Shown piece after piece: positions 37,300 to 53,161 of a stretch of 64,000 bases of DNA. The position numbers were made by a program, and so were the translations under genes. The notes beneath the pieces are model-generated. The model made no database searches, was not told where the DNA came from, and saw only the letters and a list, made by a program, of their open reading frames with translations. The first letter of the stretch is position 1. The number at the start of each line of letters is the position of its first letter. The stretch is from the human T2T-CHM13v2.0 reference genome, Homo sapiens: the NCBI RefSeq assembly GCF_009914755.1, contig NC_060947.1. One strand, given 5' to 3'.

Positions 37300-40200
37300 T
37301 GACTTTTTAATAATAGCCGTTCTGACTGGTGTGAGATGCTATCTCATTGTGGTTTTGACTTGCATTTCTCTAATGATCAGTGATGTTGAGCTTTTTAAAA
37401 TATGCTTATGGGCTGCATGTATGTTCTTTTTTGAAAACTGTCTGTGTCATTTGCCCACGTTTTTATGGTTTTTTTTCTTGTAAATTTTTTTAAGTTCCTC
37501 ATAGATGCTAGATATTAGACATTTGTCAGATCTATAGTATGCACAAATTTTCTTCCATTGTGTAGATTGTCTGTTTATTCTGTTGATAGTTTCTTTTGCT
37601 CTGCAGAAGTTCTTTAATTAGACCCACGTTGTCAATTTTTGCTTTTGCTGCAATTGCTTTTGGCATCTTTGTCATGAAATCTTTGCCTGTGCCTATGTCC
37701 TGAATGGTATTGCCTAGGTAGTCTTCCAAGGTTTTTATACTTTTGGGTTTTACGTTTAAGTCTTTAATCCATCTTGAGTTAATTTTTGTATATGATGTAA
37801 GGAAGGGGTTTAGTTTCAATCTTCTGCACATGGCTAGCCATTTATCCTGGCACCATTTATTGAATAGGGAATCCTTTCCCCATTGCTTTTTTGTCAGGTT
37901 TGGAGAAGATCAGATAGTTGTAGGTGTGCAGCCATATTTCTGGGTTCTCTATTCTGTTCCATTAGTGTATGTGTCTGTTTTTGTACCAATACCATGCTGT
38001 TGTGGTTATTGTAGCCCTATAGTATAGTTTAAAGTTGTTAGCTTTGTTCTTTTTGCTTAGGATTGCCTTGGCTATTCAAGCTTTTTGATTCCATATGAAT
38101 TTTAAAGTACTTTTCTCTAGTTCTGTGAAGATTGTCAGTGGTAGTTTAATAGGAATAGTATTGAATACATAAATTGTTTTGGTCAATATGCCCATTTAAA
38201 CCATGTTGATTCTTCCTATCCATGAGCATGGAAAGTTTCTCCAGTTGTTTGTACCATCTCTGATTTCTTTAGCAGTGATTCGTAGTTCTTGTAGAGCTCT
38301 TTCACCTTCCTGGTTAGCTGTATTCCTAGGTATTTCATTCTGTTTGGTGGCAATTGTGAATGGGAATTCATTCCTGATTTGGCTATTGGAATGACTGTTA
38401 TTGGTGTATAGGAATGCCAGCGATTTCTGTGCATTGATTTTGTATCCTGAGACTTTGCTGAAGTTGTTAATTAGCTTGAGAAGCTTTTGGGCTGAGACGA
38501 TGGGGTTTTCTAGATATAGGATCATGTCATCTGCAAACAGGGATAGTTTGATTTCCTTTCTTCCCATTTGGATGCCCTTTATTTCTTCCTCTTGACTGAT
38601 TGCCTTGGCCAGAACTTCCAATACTATGTTGAATAGGAATGGTGAGAAAGGACATCTTGTGCTGGTTTTCAAGGGGAATGTGTCCAGCTTTTTTCGCCCA
38701 TTCAGTATGATGTTGGCTGTGGGTTTGTCATATATGGCTCCTGCTATTTTGAGGTATGTCCCTTCAATACTTAGTTTATTGAGAGTTCATAACATGAATG
38801 GATATTGAATTCTATCAAAATCCTTTTCTGCATCTATTGAGATAATCATGTGGTTTTTGTGTTTAGTTCTGTTTATGTGATGTATCAAATTTATTGATTT
38901 GTGTATGTTGAACCAACCTTGCATCCTGGGAATGAAGCTGACTTGATCATGGTGGATAACTTTTTTGATGTGCTGCTGGATTTGGTTTGGCAGTATTTTG
39001 TTGAGGATTTTTGCATTGATGTTCATCAAGGATATTGGCCTGAAGTTTTGTTTTGTTTTGTTTTATCTCTGCCAGATTTTGGTATCAGGATGATGCTGGC
39101 CTCATAGAATGAGTTAGAGAGGAGTACCTCCTCCTCAATATTTTGGAATACTTTAAGTAAGAATGTTACCAGCTCTTCTTTGTACATCTGATAGAATTCA
39201 GCTGTGAATACATCTGGTCCTGGGCTTTTTTTTTTTTTTTTTTTTTGGTTGGTAAGCTATTTATTACTGCCTCAATTTCAAAACTCTTTACTGGTCTGTT
39301 CAGGGATTCAATTTCTTCCTGGTTCAGTCTTAGGAGGGTATATGTGTCCAGGAATTTGTCCGTTTCTTCTAGATTTTCTAGTTTACATGCATAGAGGTGT
39401 TTGTAATATTTTCTGATGGTTGTTTGTATTTCTGTGGGGTTAGTGGTAATATCCCTCTTGTTGTTTTATTGTGTTTATTTGAATCTTCTCTCTTCTTTAT
39501 TAGTGTAGTTAGTGGTCAATTTATTTTATTAATTTTTTCGAAAATCCATCTCCTGAATTTGTGGATCTTTTGAATGGTTTTTTATGTCTCTATCTCCTTC
39601 AGTTCAGCTCTGATTTGGGGTATTTTTTGTCTTCTGCTAGCTTTGGGATTTGTTTGTTCTTGGTTCTCTCATTCTTTCAGTTTTGATGTTTGGTTGTTAA
39701 CTTGAGATCTAACTTTTTGATCTAGGCATTTAGTGCTATAACTTTCCATCTTAACACTGCCTTAGCTGTGTCCTAGAGATTCTGGTACGTTGTCTCTGTG
39801 TTCTCATTAGTTTCAAAGAACTTCTTGATTTCTTCCTTAATTTCATTATTTACCCAAAAGTCATTCAGAAGCAGGTTATTCACTTTTCATCTAATTGTGT
39901 GGTTTTGAATGAATTTCTTACTCTTGATTTTGTATTTGATTGTGCTGTGGTCTGAGAGACTGTGTGTTATGATTTCAGTTCTTTTGCATTTGCCGAGAAG
40001 TGTTTTGCTTCTGATTATGTGATCGATTTTAGAGCAAGTGCTATTTGGTGATGAGAAGAATGTATTTTCTGTTGTTTTAGGGTGGAGAGTTCTGTAGATA
40101 TCTATCACGTCCATTTTATCCAGTGCTGAGTTCAAGTCCTGAATATATTTCTTAATTTTCTGTCTCGGTGATCCATGCAATATTGTTAGTGGGGTGTTAC

Positions 40201-40687
40201 AGTTTTCCACTATTGTTGTCTGGGAGTCTAAGTCTCTTTGCAGGTCTCTAGGACTTCCTTTATAAATCTGGGTGCTGCTGTGTTGGGTGCATATATATTT
40301 AGGTTAGGTAAATCTTCTTGTTGAATTGAACCCTTTATCATTATGTAATGCCCTTCTCTGTCTGTTTTTATCTTTGTTGGTTTAAAGTCAGTTTTTTCAA
40401 AATAAGGATTGCAACCCCTGCTTTTTCTGTTTTCAATGTGTTTTGTAGATTTTCCTCCATCCCTTCATTTTGAGCCTATGTGTGTCATTGCATGCGAGAT
40501 GGGTCTCTTAAAGACAGCATACCAATGGGTCTTGGTTCTTTTTTTAGCTTGCCACTCTGTGTCTTTTAATTTGGGCGTTTAGCCCATTTAAATTTAAGGT
40601 TAGTATATATATGTGTGGATTTTATCCTGTCATCATGATGTTAGCTGGTTATTTTGCAGACTTGTTTATGTGGTTGCTTTATAGTGT

Positions 40688-40793
40688 AAAAATATGGAAT
40701 GTTTCACAAATTTGTGTGTCATCCTTGCACAGTAGCCATGCTAATCTTCTCCGTTTGTTCTAAATTTAGTATACATGCTGTTGAAGCAAGCAC
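40688..40793 (-). pseudogene. Full-length U6 snRNA pseudogene (RNU6-type) at the 5' end of the L1 insertion
   Basis: Reverse complement matches U6 end to end (GTGCTTGCTTC...AGAAGATTAGCATGGC...GGATGACAC...TTCCATATTTTT), roughly 85% identity by eye, with many CpG transitions. Confidence 0.96.
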
Positions 40794-41180
40794 TAGATAA
40801 TATACTTCATGGTGAAAGACTGAATGCTTCCTGTAAGATTGGGAACAACACAAGGATGTCCACTCTCAGTACTATTCAGCATCATAGTGGAAATCTTAGA
40901 CAGTTCAATAAGACAAGAAATCAAAAGAGATAAAGATTAAAGAGGAAAAAATAAAACTGTTCCTATTTGCAGATGACATTGTGGTTTACATAAAAAACCT
41001 GAAAGAATAAAAAACAAAACAAAACAATTCAGAACTCCTTAAAAAATGAGTGATTTTAGGAGAGGTTAAGAATACATTGATGAAATAGAAAGTCAATCAT
41101 GTTTCCACATATTAGCAATGAACATTTGTAAGATGAAATTTAAAAACTACCATTTCTATATACTCTAAAAAAATGAAATA

Positions 41181-41473
41181 CAGTCCCCAAGTTACCGTGA
41201 TTCAACTTACAATTTTCTGACTATATTATAGGTTTGTTAGGATGTGACTCCATCATAAGTTGAGGAGCTCCTTAAAACTTATAATGGGATTATGGTTTAT
41301 ATTGAATGTGTATCACTTTTGCACCATCATAAAGTCAAAAGTTTGTAAGTTTAAACATCATAAATCAGGGACAACTGTGTTCCTAACATTAAAGGTATTT
41401 TCAATTTATGATATTTTTTACTTATGTTGGGTTCATCAGGATGCAACTCCATCATAAGTCAAGAAGCATCTGT
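41181..41473. mobile_element. Tigger4/MER46-like TcMar element
   Basis: TA-flanked; cagtcccc...ccatcataagtcaagaagcatctg with internal inverted copies. Confidence 0.75.
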
Positions 41474-42507
41474 ACTTATGTGTAAATCACACAAAACCTG
41501 TACACAAATGTTTAGAACAGCTCTATTTGTAATCACCAAAAACTGCAAACAACCCAAATGCCCTTTAAAAGGGATAAAAAGCAGTGTTACAGCCATACAA
41601 TGGAATATTATTCAGCAATAAAAAGGAATGCACTATTGATAAAATAAACAACTTTATGACTCTAAAAGGCTGAGTAAAAGAATCCAGTCTTAAAAGGTAA
41701 CATTCTGTATGATTCCACTTTATATGACATCCTCTAAAAGACAAAATGATAGAGATAGAGAATAGATCAGTGGGTGCCAGGGGTTAGAGGTAGGGGCAAG
41801 GAGTGGCTACAAAGAAATTTCATGAGTGAGTCTTTTGGATAATGTAAATGTTCTTTATCCAGATATTGGTGGTGGTCACATGAATTAAAACATGTGTTAA
41901 AAGTCATAGAAATACATGTCCCTCCCAAAAAATATCCATTTTACTGTATGTTAATCTAAAAAATAAAATTTAAAAGAGAAAAGATTAAACAAGAGGATTC
42001 TGGGAAGATGACAGAGTAGAAAGCACCATGAATATGTTTCCCCAAGAAGACAACAATTGCACTAGCAAAATCTGTGTGATGTAACTATTTTGGAACTGTA
42101 GAGTTTATTGAAGGCTTTTAACTTCCAGTGGAAGGCATGGGTGGTAAACTGTGGTTAATTTCAGCTCTTAGCACAGTAGTAGCTACCCACTCTCAGCCCT
42201 ATGGCAGTCATCTGTGCATTTTCCTTGGAACAACCTGTACATAGCTTGCAGTGCCCAGGATACACATAAGAACCCTGCCCTCCAAATACTGAGGATCTGT
42301 GCTCAGATTGCTGATTGCTATTTCTAATCATAGAAACACAAAAAGGTGGGACGCCACTGTTGTTGCACCTTCCCACATTTTGCAAGAGCCTCCCCCTCTG
42401 GCTAAAATGACTTCCAGGAGATTTAAAGTGCTGGCACTCTTTTTTTCTCCCTTCATTTTTCTCTTTTTCCCCTTTTTAGAGCCAGCCACTAAAGAAAAAG
42501 ATACTCA

Positions 42508-42640
42508 GACCAGGTGCAGTAGCTCACACATGCAATCTCAGCATTTTGTGAGGCCATGGCAGGAGAATCACTTGATTCCAGAACCTCAAGACCAGCCTGG
42601 GCAACATAGTGAGACCCCCATCTCTACGGAAAAAAAAAAA
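42508..42640 (+). mobile_element. FLAM (Alu monomer)
   Basis: Single arm ending agaccagcctgggcaacatagtgagacccccatctctac plus A tail; degenerate TSD aaagatactca/aaagattca. Confidence 0.8.
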
Positions 42641-45600
42641 AGAAAGATTCAAAAGCAACTATGTATATGAGAGAGATTAGAAAGTGACTGTGCATGCCCA
42701 GGGAAAGGTGCAGGCTCACAAAAGGCCTGGGAAGATCTTAAGTTTACACCTCAGGCTGATCCTCGGCACAAAGACAGAATACAACAATTAAGAAAGAAAA
42801 AAAATAACAAATCCTCAGGAAGGGGGGAATTTGATTTCCAGAGTTACCACATTACTAGATTCAAATGCCTGGATTTCAACAACAAAACTGACAAAGTATA
42901 CAAAAAGAGAGTAAAGCATGACCTACTCAAAGGGGAAAAAAGTAAGCCAATGAAAACTGTCCCTGAAAAAGAGCAAATGGCAGACTACTAGACAACTACT
43001 TTAAAACAACTATCTTAAAGATGCTCAAAGAACTAAAGGAAGATATGGAGAAAGTCAAGAAAACAATGTGTGAACAAAATGGGAATGTCAATCAAGAGAT
43101 AGAAAGCTGAAAAAGAAACAAAAAGAAATTATGGAGTGGAAAAATATAATCACTGAAATTAAAAATTCACTAGAGGGCTTCAAAGGCAAATTTCAGAAGG
43201 CAGGAGAAATAACCAGTTAACTTGAAGGTAGGGCAATGGAAATTATTCAGTCTTAAGGAACAGACAGAAAGGAGATTGAATAAGAGTGCATAGAACCTAA
43301 GGGACCTGTAAGACACCATCAAATGGAACAACATATACATTGTGGGATTTCCAGGAGAAGAGAGACAGAAAAAGGCAGAGAGAATATTTGAAAAATTAAT
43401 GGAAGCAAAACTCCCCAAATTTGCTAAAGGGCATGAATATAAACATCCAAGAAGCTCAACAAACTCCAAGTAAGATGACCTCAAAGACACCCTCACTGAG
43501 ACACGTTATAATCAAACTTTTGAAAGACAAAGACAAAAGGGGAATCTTGAAAGCAACAAGAGAGAAGTGATTCATCAGATACAAGGAATCCTCAGTAATA
43601 CTGTGAGCAGATTTTTCATCAGAAACTTGGAGGCCAGAAGGAAGTGGGCTAATAGAGTCAAGGTGCTAAATGAAAAAACAAAAAAGTCAACCAAGAATCC
43701 TATATTCAGCAAAACTATCCTTCAAAAGTGAGGCTGAAAGTAAGACAGCCCCAAATAAGCAGAAACTGAGGGAGTTTGTTACCACTAGACCTGCCCTGCA
43801 AGAAATGCTCAAGATAGTTTTGCAGGGTAAAATGAAAGAACACTAGCAGCAAGTTAACTCTCTATGAAGAAATAAAGATCTCAATAAAAGTACATACACG
43901 GGCAATTATAAAAGATAACATTATTCTAACAATTTGTAATTACACATTTTCCCTCATGATTTCAGAGATTAATACCTTTTAAAAAATAGTCTAAAAGCTA
44001 GTGTTACTATAATTTAGCTTTATAAGTCCACAATTTGTTTTCTTCATAACCTAAGACACTAAGCATTTAAAATAATTATTGGTTTATGTTTTGGGCACAA
44101 AATGTACAAAGATGTAATTTGTAACACCAATAACCAAAAGGGGCAAGGATAGAGCTATTAAAGGAGTAGAGTTTTTGTGTGTTATTAAAGATAAGCTCAC
44201 ATAAATTCACTTCAGAGTGTTATAACTTTAGGATGCTGAATGTAATCCCCATGGTATCCACAAAGAAAAGGTTTATAGAATATATACAAAAGGAATTTAA
44301 ACATTTCAGTACAAAAAAACAAATAAACACAAAAGAAGACAGTAATGCAGGAAATGAAGAGCAAGAAATTTTTGGTTTCTATAAGGCTTATAGACAAAAA
44401 TAGCAAAATGAAAGAAGTAAGTCCCTCCTTATCAGTAATTACTTTAAATGTAAATGGATTAAACCCTCCAATAAAAAGACAGATTAGCAGAATGAATTTT
44501 CAAAGTCCAGCTATGTCCTTTCCACAAAAGACTCACATTATATCCAAAAATACAAATATAGTGAAAGTGAAAGGATTAAAAAATATTTTATGCAAACAAT
44601 GAAAAGAGAGCAGGGGTAACTAATACTAATATCAGACAAAATCAACTTTAAATCAAAAAAGGTTATAAGAGACAGTACTACAATAGTAGTTTGATACTTT
44701 AATATTACATTCTTAATAATGTGTAGAAAAACAGACAAAAGGTAAACAAGAAAACAGAGGACTTAATGCAACAAACCAAGTAGCTCTAACAGACATACAG
44801 AACACTCTACCCAACAACAACAGCATACACATCCTTCTCAATTGCACATGGAATATTTTCCAGGATAGGCCATATGTTAGGACACAGATTAAGTTTCAAA
44901 TGATTTAAACAGATAGATATCACAAAATGTAGCTTCTTGGACCACAATAAGGTAAAGTTAGGAATCAATAGCAAAAATAAAACTGAAATAGTCACAACTT
45001 TCTGGAAATTAACAATTTTAAACAACCAATGGATCAAAGAAGAAATTACAAGGGAAATGAGAAAATGCTGAAAGATGAATGAAAATAAATACACAATACA
45101 TCAAAACTTATGGAACTCAGTAAAAGCAATGATCAGGAAAATATGTACAGAAAAAAAAGCTTACATTTAAAAACAAAACAGATCTCAAGTCAACAACCTA
45201 ATTTCACAACTTACAGAAATACAAAATAGTAACAAAATAAAACTAAAAGTAGCAGAAAGAAGGAAATACTAAAGACTAGAGCAGAGATAAATGAAATAGA
45301 TAATCGAAAACCAACAGAGAAAGTCAATAAAATCTTTAGCTGATGGACAAAGAAGAAAAGAGAGAAGACTCAAATTATTAAAATCAGAAATGAAAGTTAC
45401 TACCAATTCCTTAAAAATAAAAAGTATTGTGAAAGAGTACTATCTTAAAAATTGGATAAGCTAGATGAAATGGGAAAACTCCTAGAAACACAAAATCTAC
45501 CAAGACTAAATTATGAAGAAATATAAAATCCAAATAGACCTATAACTAGTAAAGAGATTGAATCAGTAATCAAAAATCTCCTGACAAAGAAAACTCCTGG

Positions 45601-45950
45601 AGCTAATGGCTTCACTGGTGAATTTTACCAAACAATTAAAAACTAACAATTATTCTCAACCTATTCCAAAAATTGAAGAGGAGGCAATACTCTCTAACTC
45701 ATTCTATGAGGCCAAAATTACCCTGATATCAAAGCCAAGTATCAAAATTACCCTGATATCAAAACACTACAAGAAAAATACAGATCATATCTCTTATGAG
45801 CAGTGACGCAAAAATCCTCAACAAAATACTATCCAACCAAATGCAACAGCATATTAAAAGGTTCATACATTATGATTAAACGTGATTTATTCCTGAAATG
45901 CAAAGATGGTTGAACATATGAAAATTAATGAATATAATACACCACATTAA

Positions 45951-46457
45951 CCCTTTTCCCATTTGCCCTGAGAATACTCACTGGCAGCGCTTGCAGCTGT
46001 AGCATGTATCCCAAGACAACTTTGCCACAAAATGTCTCACTTTTATTATAATTTTTATATCACTCTAATATATCAGCTTTGGAAACAAAAGATGTCATAC
46101 TATTTATAGCATTCTGTTTTTAGTAATGGTATTTCCATTTACAAAATATAATAATTCTCAATCACTGAAAATGTCAAATTCTATAAAACATAGCATTCCT
46201 ATGTATGATTGTTCTCGAATGTTTGTTGCCTGAAGATTCATTTGATAAATCCGATTTTTCCCAAATAATAGATGATTCTGATGATTCAGACTATTCAGAT
46301 GTTATTTCTGTTTAGAGATAACTCCAGGAACAGCTTTTATATTTTGTTTTCACATTAAAAATCAGTCATATTTGCTTCAGCCTCAAAGAGAGTGTTTATG
46401 TATAATTAAATAAGTGTTGGCAGCTCACTGCACTTTTTTTTCTGAATGGGAAAAGGG
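45951..46457. mobile_element. MER75 (piggyBac non-autonomous)
   Basis: TTAA on both sides; perfect 13-bp terminal inverted repeat cccttttcccatt/aatgggaaaaggg. Confidence 0.93.
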
Positions 46458-49400
46458 TTAACAGAATGAAAGGGAAAAACCACGATTGTCTCAATTGATA
46501 CAGAAATAGCATTTGATGGAATTCAACACCTTTTCATGATAAAAGGACTAAAAAAACTAGAAATAGAAATAAAACCACCTCAAAGAAATAAAAGCCATGT
46601 ATGAAAAACCCACAGCATACATTATACTCAATGGTAAAAGACTGAAAGCTTTTTCTTTAAAATTGGAAGTGAGGCAAAAATGTCCACTTTTGCCTTTTCT
46701 GCTCAGCATAGTATCAGAAGTTATAGCTAAAGCAATTAGGCAAGAAAAATAAGTAAAAGACATCCAAATTGAAAAGGAAGAGGAAAAATTATCTCTGTTC
46801 ACAGATGATGTAATATTATATTTTTAAAAACCTTAAAAATTCCACAAAAAACTGTTAGAACTGTTAAGTTAATTCAGAAAAGTAACAGGATAAAAGGTCA
46901 ACACACAAAACCAATAGCATTTCTACATACATACTAACAATGAATGATTTGAAAGGGAAATTAGGAAAAAATGTCATCTACAATAGCACTAAAAATAATA
47001 AAATATCTAGAAATTAACCAAAGAAGTGAAAGACTTGTACAATGAAAAGTAAAAGCATTGCTAAAATAAATCAAAGAAGACATAAATGGAAGAACATCCG
47101 TGATTATGAATTGGAAGACAGTATTGTTAAAATGCTCATACTATTCAAAGTGTTCTACAGATTCAGTGCAATATCTATCAAATCCCTATGACTTTTTTTG
47201 CAGAAATAAAAAAAATTTAAATTCAAAAGGCATCTTTAGAAACCTCAAAACAATCTTTAAAAAGAAGAACAAAGCTTGGGGACTGGCACTTCCTGATTTC
47301 AAAACTTACTACAAAGCTATAGTAATCAAAGCAGTGTGGTACTGGTATAAGATAGATATATAGACCAATGAAACAGAATAGGTATCCCAGAAATAAATCT
47401 TTGCTTTCTTTATGAGATGGTATGGTCAAATGAGTTTTGACAAGGATGCTTAGACCATTTAGTGAGGTAAAGACAGTCTTTTCAACAAAGCATGCTGGGA
47501 AACCTGGATATTCATATTCAAAAAATGATGTTGAACTCTTACCTAAGAATGTATACAAAAATAAACTCAAAATGGATCCAATACCTAAACAAGATCTAAA
47601 ACTGTAAAACTGTTAGAAGAAAACGTATGGCAAAAGCTTTACAACACTAGATCTGGCAATGATTTCTTGGATATGACACCAAGGGCACAGACAATGAAAG
47701 AAACAAAGGAAAATTTTTAAAATGCATATGTCAAAATATAAGATCAATAGGGTAAAAACATTCAGATGAGAATACTTTCAAATCATATAGCTGATATGGA
47801 TGAAAATACTTTCAAATTTTATAGCTGATAAGGAATTGATAACAGAGTGTATAGAAAACTTCTAAAACTCAACAATGACATTAATTCAAAAATGGGCAAA
47901 TGACTTGAATAGCCATTTCTCCAAAGAAGACATACAAATGTCCAATAAGCAAATAAAGATGTTGAGCGTCACTAATCATTTGGAAAATGCAAATCAAAAC
48001 TACAATGATGGGGGGCGGCAGGCAAGATGGCCAAATAGGAACAACTCCAGTCTGCAGCTCCCAGCAAGATCAATGCAGAAGGCGGGAGATTTCTGGATTT
48101 CCAACTGAGGTACCTGGCTCATCAAATTGGGACTGATTAGACAGTGGGTGCAGCCCACAGAGGGAGCCAAAGCAGGGTGGGGCATCACCTCACCTGGGAA
48201 GCATAAGGGGTCAAGGAACTCCCTCCCCTAGCCAAAAGAAGCCATGAGGGACTGTGCCATGAGGAATGGTGCACTCTGGACAAGATACTATGCTTTTCCC
48301 ATAGTCTTCGTAACCCATAGACCAGGAGATTCCCTCAGGTGACTACGCCACCAGGGCCCTGGGTTTCAAGCACAAAAATGGGCAGCCATTTGGGCAGGCA
48401 CAAAGTTAGCTGCAAGAGTTTTTTTTCATACCCCAGTGGCACCTGGAATGCCAGTGAGACAGAACCATTCACTCCCCTGAAAAGGGGGCTGAAGCCAGGC
48501 AGCCAAGTGGTCTAGCTCAGTGGATCCCACTTCCATGGAACCCAGCAAGCTATGATCCATTGGCTTGAAATTCTCACTGCCAGGACAGCAGTCTGAAATC
48601 GACCTGGGACACTTGAGCTTGGTGGGGGGAGGGGCATCCACCATTACTGAAGCTTGACTAGGTGGTTTTCCCCTCACAGTGTAAACAAAGCCGCAGGGAA
48701 GTTCGAACTGGATAGAGCCTACCACAGCTTGACAAAGCTGGTGTAGCAACACTGCCTCTCTAGATTCCTCCTCTCTGGACAGGGCATCTCTTAAAGAAAG
48801 GCAGCAGCCGCAGTCAAGGGCTTCTAGATAAAACTCTCATCTCTCTGGGACAGAGCACCTGAGGGAAGGGGTGGCTGTGGGAGCAGCTTTAGCAGACTTA
48901 AATGTTCTTGCCTGCTGGCTCTGAAGAAAGCAGCAGGTCTCCCAGCACACTGCTCGAGCTCTGCTAAGGGACAGACTGCCTCCTCAAGTTGATCCCTGAC
49001 CCCCATGCCTCCTGACTGGGAGACACCACCCAGCAGGGGTTGACAGACACCTCATATAGGAGAGCTCTGGCTAGCATCTTGTGGGTGCCCCTCTGGGATG
49101 AAGCTTCCAGAGAAAGGAACAGGCAGCAATCTTTGCTGTTCTGCAGCCTCCGCTGGTGATACCCAGGCAAAGAGGGTCTGGAGTGGCCCTCCTGCAAACT
49201 CCAGCAGACCTGCAGCAGAGGGGCCTGACTGTTAAAAGGAAAACTAACAAACAGAAAGGAATAGCATCAACATCAACGAAAAGGATGTCCACACAGAAAC
49301 CCCATTCGAAGGTCAACAGCATCAAAGACCAAAGGTAGATAAATCCACCAAGATGAGGAAAAAACAGCACAAAAAGGCTGAAAATTCCCAAAACCAGAAT

Positions 49401-50109
49401 GCCTCTTCTCCTCCAAAGGATCACAACTCCTCACCAGCAAGGGAACAAAACTGGGCGGAGAATGAGTTTGACAAATTGACAGAAGTAGGCTTCAGAAGGT
49501 GGGTAATAACAAACTCCTCCAAGCTAAAGGAGCGTGTTCTAATCCAATGCAAGGAAGCTAAGAACCTTGAAAAAAGGTTAGAGGAATTGCTAACTAGAAT
49601 AACCAGTTTGGAGAAGAATATAAATGACTTGATGGAGCTGAAAAACACAGCACGAGAACTTCGTGAAGCATGCACAGGTATCAATAGCCAAATTGGTCAA
49701 GCGGAAGAAAGGATATCAGAGATTGAAGATCAACTTAATGAAATAAAGCATGAAGACAAGATTAGATAAAAAAGAATGAAAAGGAACAAACAAAGCCTCC
49801 AAGAAATATGGTACTATGTGAGAAGACCAAACCTACATTTGATTGGTGTACCTTAAACTGATGGGGAGAATGGAACCAAGTTGGAAAACACTCTTCAGGA
49901 TATTATGCAGGAGAACTTCCCCAACCTTGCAAGACAGACCAACATTCAAATTCAGGAAATACAGAGAACACTGCAAAGATAATCCACGAGAAGCACAACC
50001 CCAAGGCACATAATTGTCAGATTCATCAAGGTTCAAATGAAGGAAAAAATGTTAAGGACAGCCAGAGAGAAAGGCCGGGTTATCCACAAAGGGAAGCCCA
50101 TCAGACTAA

Positions 50110-50522
<413 letters not shown>

Positions 50523-51340
50523 TCATATCCAGCCAAACTAAGCCTCATAAGTGAAAGAGAAATAAAATCCTTTACAGACAAGCAAATGCTGAGATATTGT
50601 CACAACCAGGCCTGCCTTACAAGAGCTCCTGAATGAAGCACTAAACATGGAAAGGAAAAACTAGTACCAGTCACTGCAAAAACATACCAAATTGTAAAGA
50701 CCATCGACACTATGAAGAAACTGAATCCACTAATGGTGCAAATAACCAGCTAGCTTCATAATGACAGGATCAAATTCACACATAACAATATTGACCTTAA
50801 ATGTAAACTGGCTAAATGCCTCAATTAAAAGACACAGACTGGCAAATTGGATAAAGAGTCAAGACCCATGTCATGTGCAAAGACACACGTAGGCTCAAAA
50901 TAAAGGAATGGAGGAATGAATATTTACCAAGCAAATGGAAAGCAAACAAACAAACAAACAAACAAAAAAGCAAGGGGTGCAATCCTAGTCTCTGATAAAA
51001 CAGACTTTAAACCAACAATGATCAAAAAAGACAAAGAAGGGCATTACATAACGGTAAAGGGATCAATGCAACAAGAAGAGCTAACTATCCTAAGTATATA
51101 AATATATATGCACCCAATACAGGAGCACCCAGATTCATAAAGCAAGTTCTTAGAGACCTATAATAAGATTTAGGCTCCCACACAAGTGTGAGACTTTAAC
51201 ACCCAACCGTCAATAATAGACAGATCAAGGAGACAGAAAATTAACAAGGATATTCAGAACTTGAACTCAGCTCTGTACCAAGCAGACCTAATAGACATCT
51301 ACAGAACTCTCCACCCCAAATCAACAGAATATACATTCTT

Positions 51341-51456
51341 CTCAGCACCAAATAACATTTATTCTAAAATTGATCACATACTTGGAAGTAAAACACTCCT
51401 CAGCACCAAATAGCATTTATTCTAAAATTGATCACATACTTGGAAGTAAAACACTC
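51341..51456. repeat. 58-bp tandem duplication in L1 ORF2
   Basis: Units start at 51341 and 51399, one mismatch, bounded by ctcagca microhomology. Confidence 0.92.
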
Positions 51457-52609
51457 CTCAGCAAATGCAAAAGAACGGAAATCATAACAAACAATCTCTC
51501 AGACAACAGTGCAATCAAATTAGAACCGCACAACTACATGGAAGCTGAGCAACTTGCTCCTGAATGACTACTGGATAAATAATGAAATTAAGGCAGAAGT
51601 AAATAAGTTCTTTGAAACCAATGAAAACAAAGACACAATATACTAGAATCTCTGGGACACACCTAAAACAGTGTTTAGAGGGAAATTTATAGCACTAAAT
51701 GCCCACAGGAGAAGACAGGAAAGATCTAAAATCGACACTCTAACATCACAATTAAAAGAACTAGAGAAGCAAGAGCAAACAAATTCAAAAGCTAGCAGAA
51801 GACAAGAAATAACTAAGATCAGAGCACAACTGAAGGAGATAAAGATATGAAAAACCCTTCAAAAAATCAATGAATACAGGAGCTGGTTTTTTTTAAAAGG
51901 TTAACAAAATAGGCCACTAGCCAGACTAATAAAGAAGAAAAGAGGGAAGAGTCAAATAGACACAATAAAAAATGATAAAGGGGATATTACTACTGATTCC
52001 ACAGAAATACAAACTACCATCAGAAAATACTATAAACACCTCTATGCAAATAAACTAGAAAATCTAGAAGAAATGGATAAATTCCTGGACACATACATGC
52101 TCCCAAGACTAAATTAGGAAGAAGTCGAATCCCTGAATAGACCAACAGCAATTTCTGCCAGACAGATTAACAGCCAAATTCTACCAGAGGTGCAAAGAGG
52201 AACTGGTACCATTCCTTCTGAAACTATTCTAAACAATAGAAAAAGAAGGACTTCTTCCTAACTTATTTTATGAGGCCAGCATCATCCTGATACCAAAACC
52301 TGGCAAAGACACAAAAACAACAACAAAAAATTCAGGCCAATATCCCTGATGAACATCGATGCGAAAATCCTCAATAAAATACTGGCAAAGCGAATCCAGC
52401 AGCACATCAAAAAGCTTATCCACCATGATCAAGTCAGCTTCATCCCTGGGATGCAAGGCTGGTTCAACATATACAAGTCAATAAATGTAATCCATCACAT
52501 AAACAGAAGCAATGACAAAAACCACATTATTATCTCAATAGATGCAGAAAAGGCCTTCGACAAAATTCAACACCCCTTCAGGCTAAAAACTCTCAAAAAA
52601 CTAGGTATT

Positions 52610-53161
<552 letters not shown>

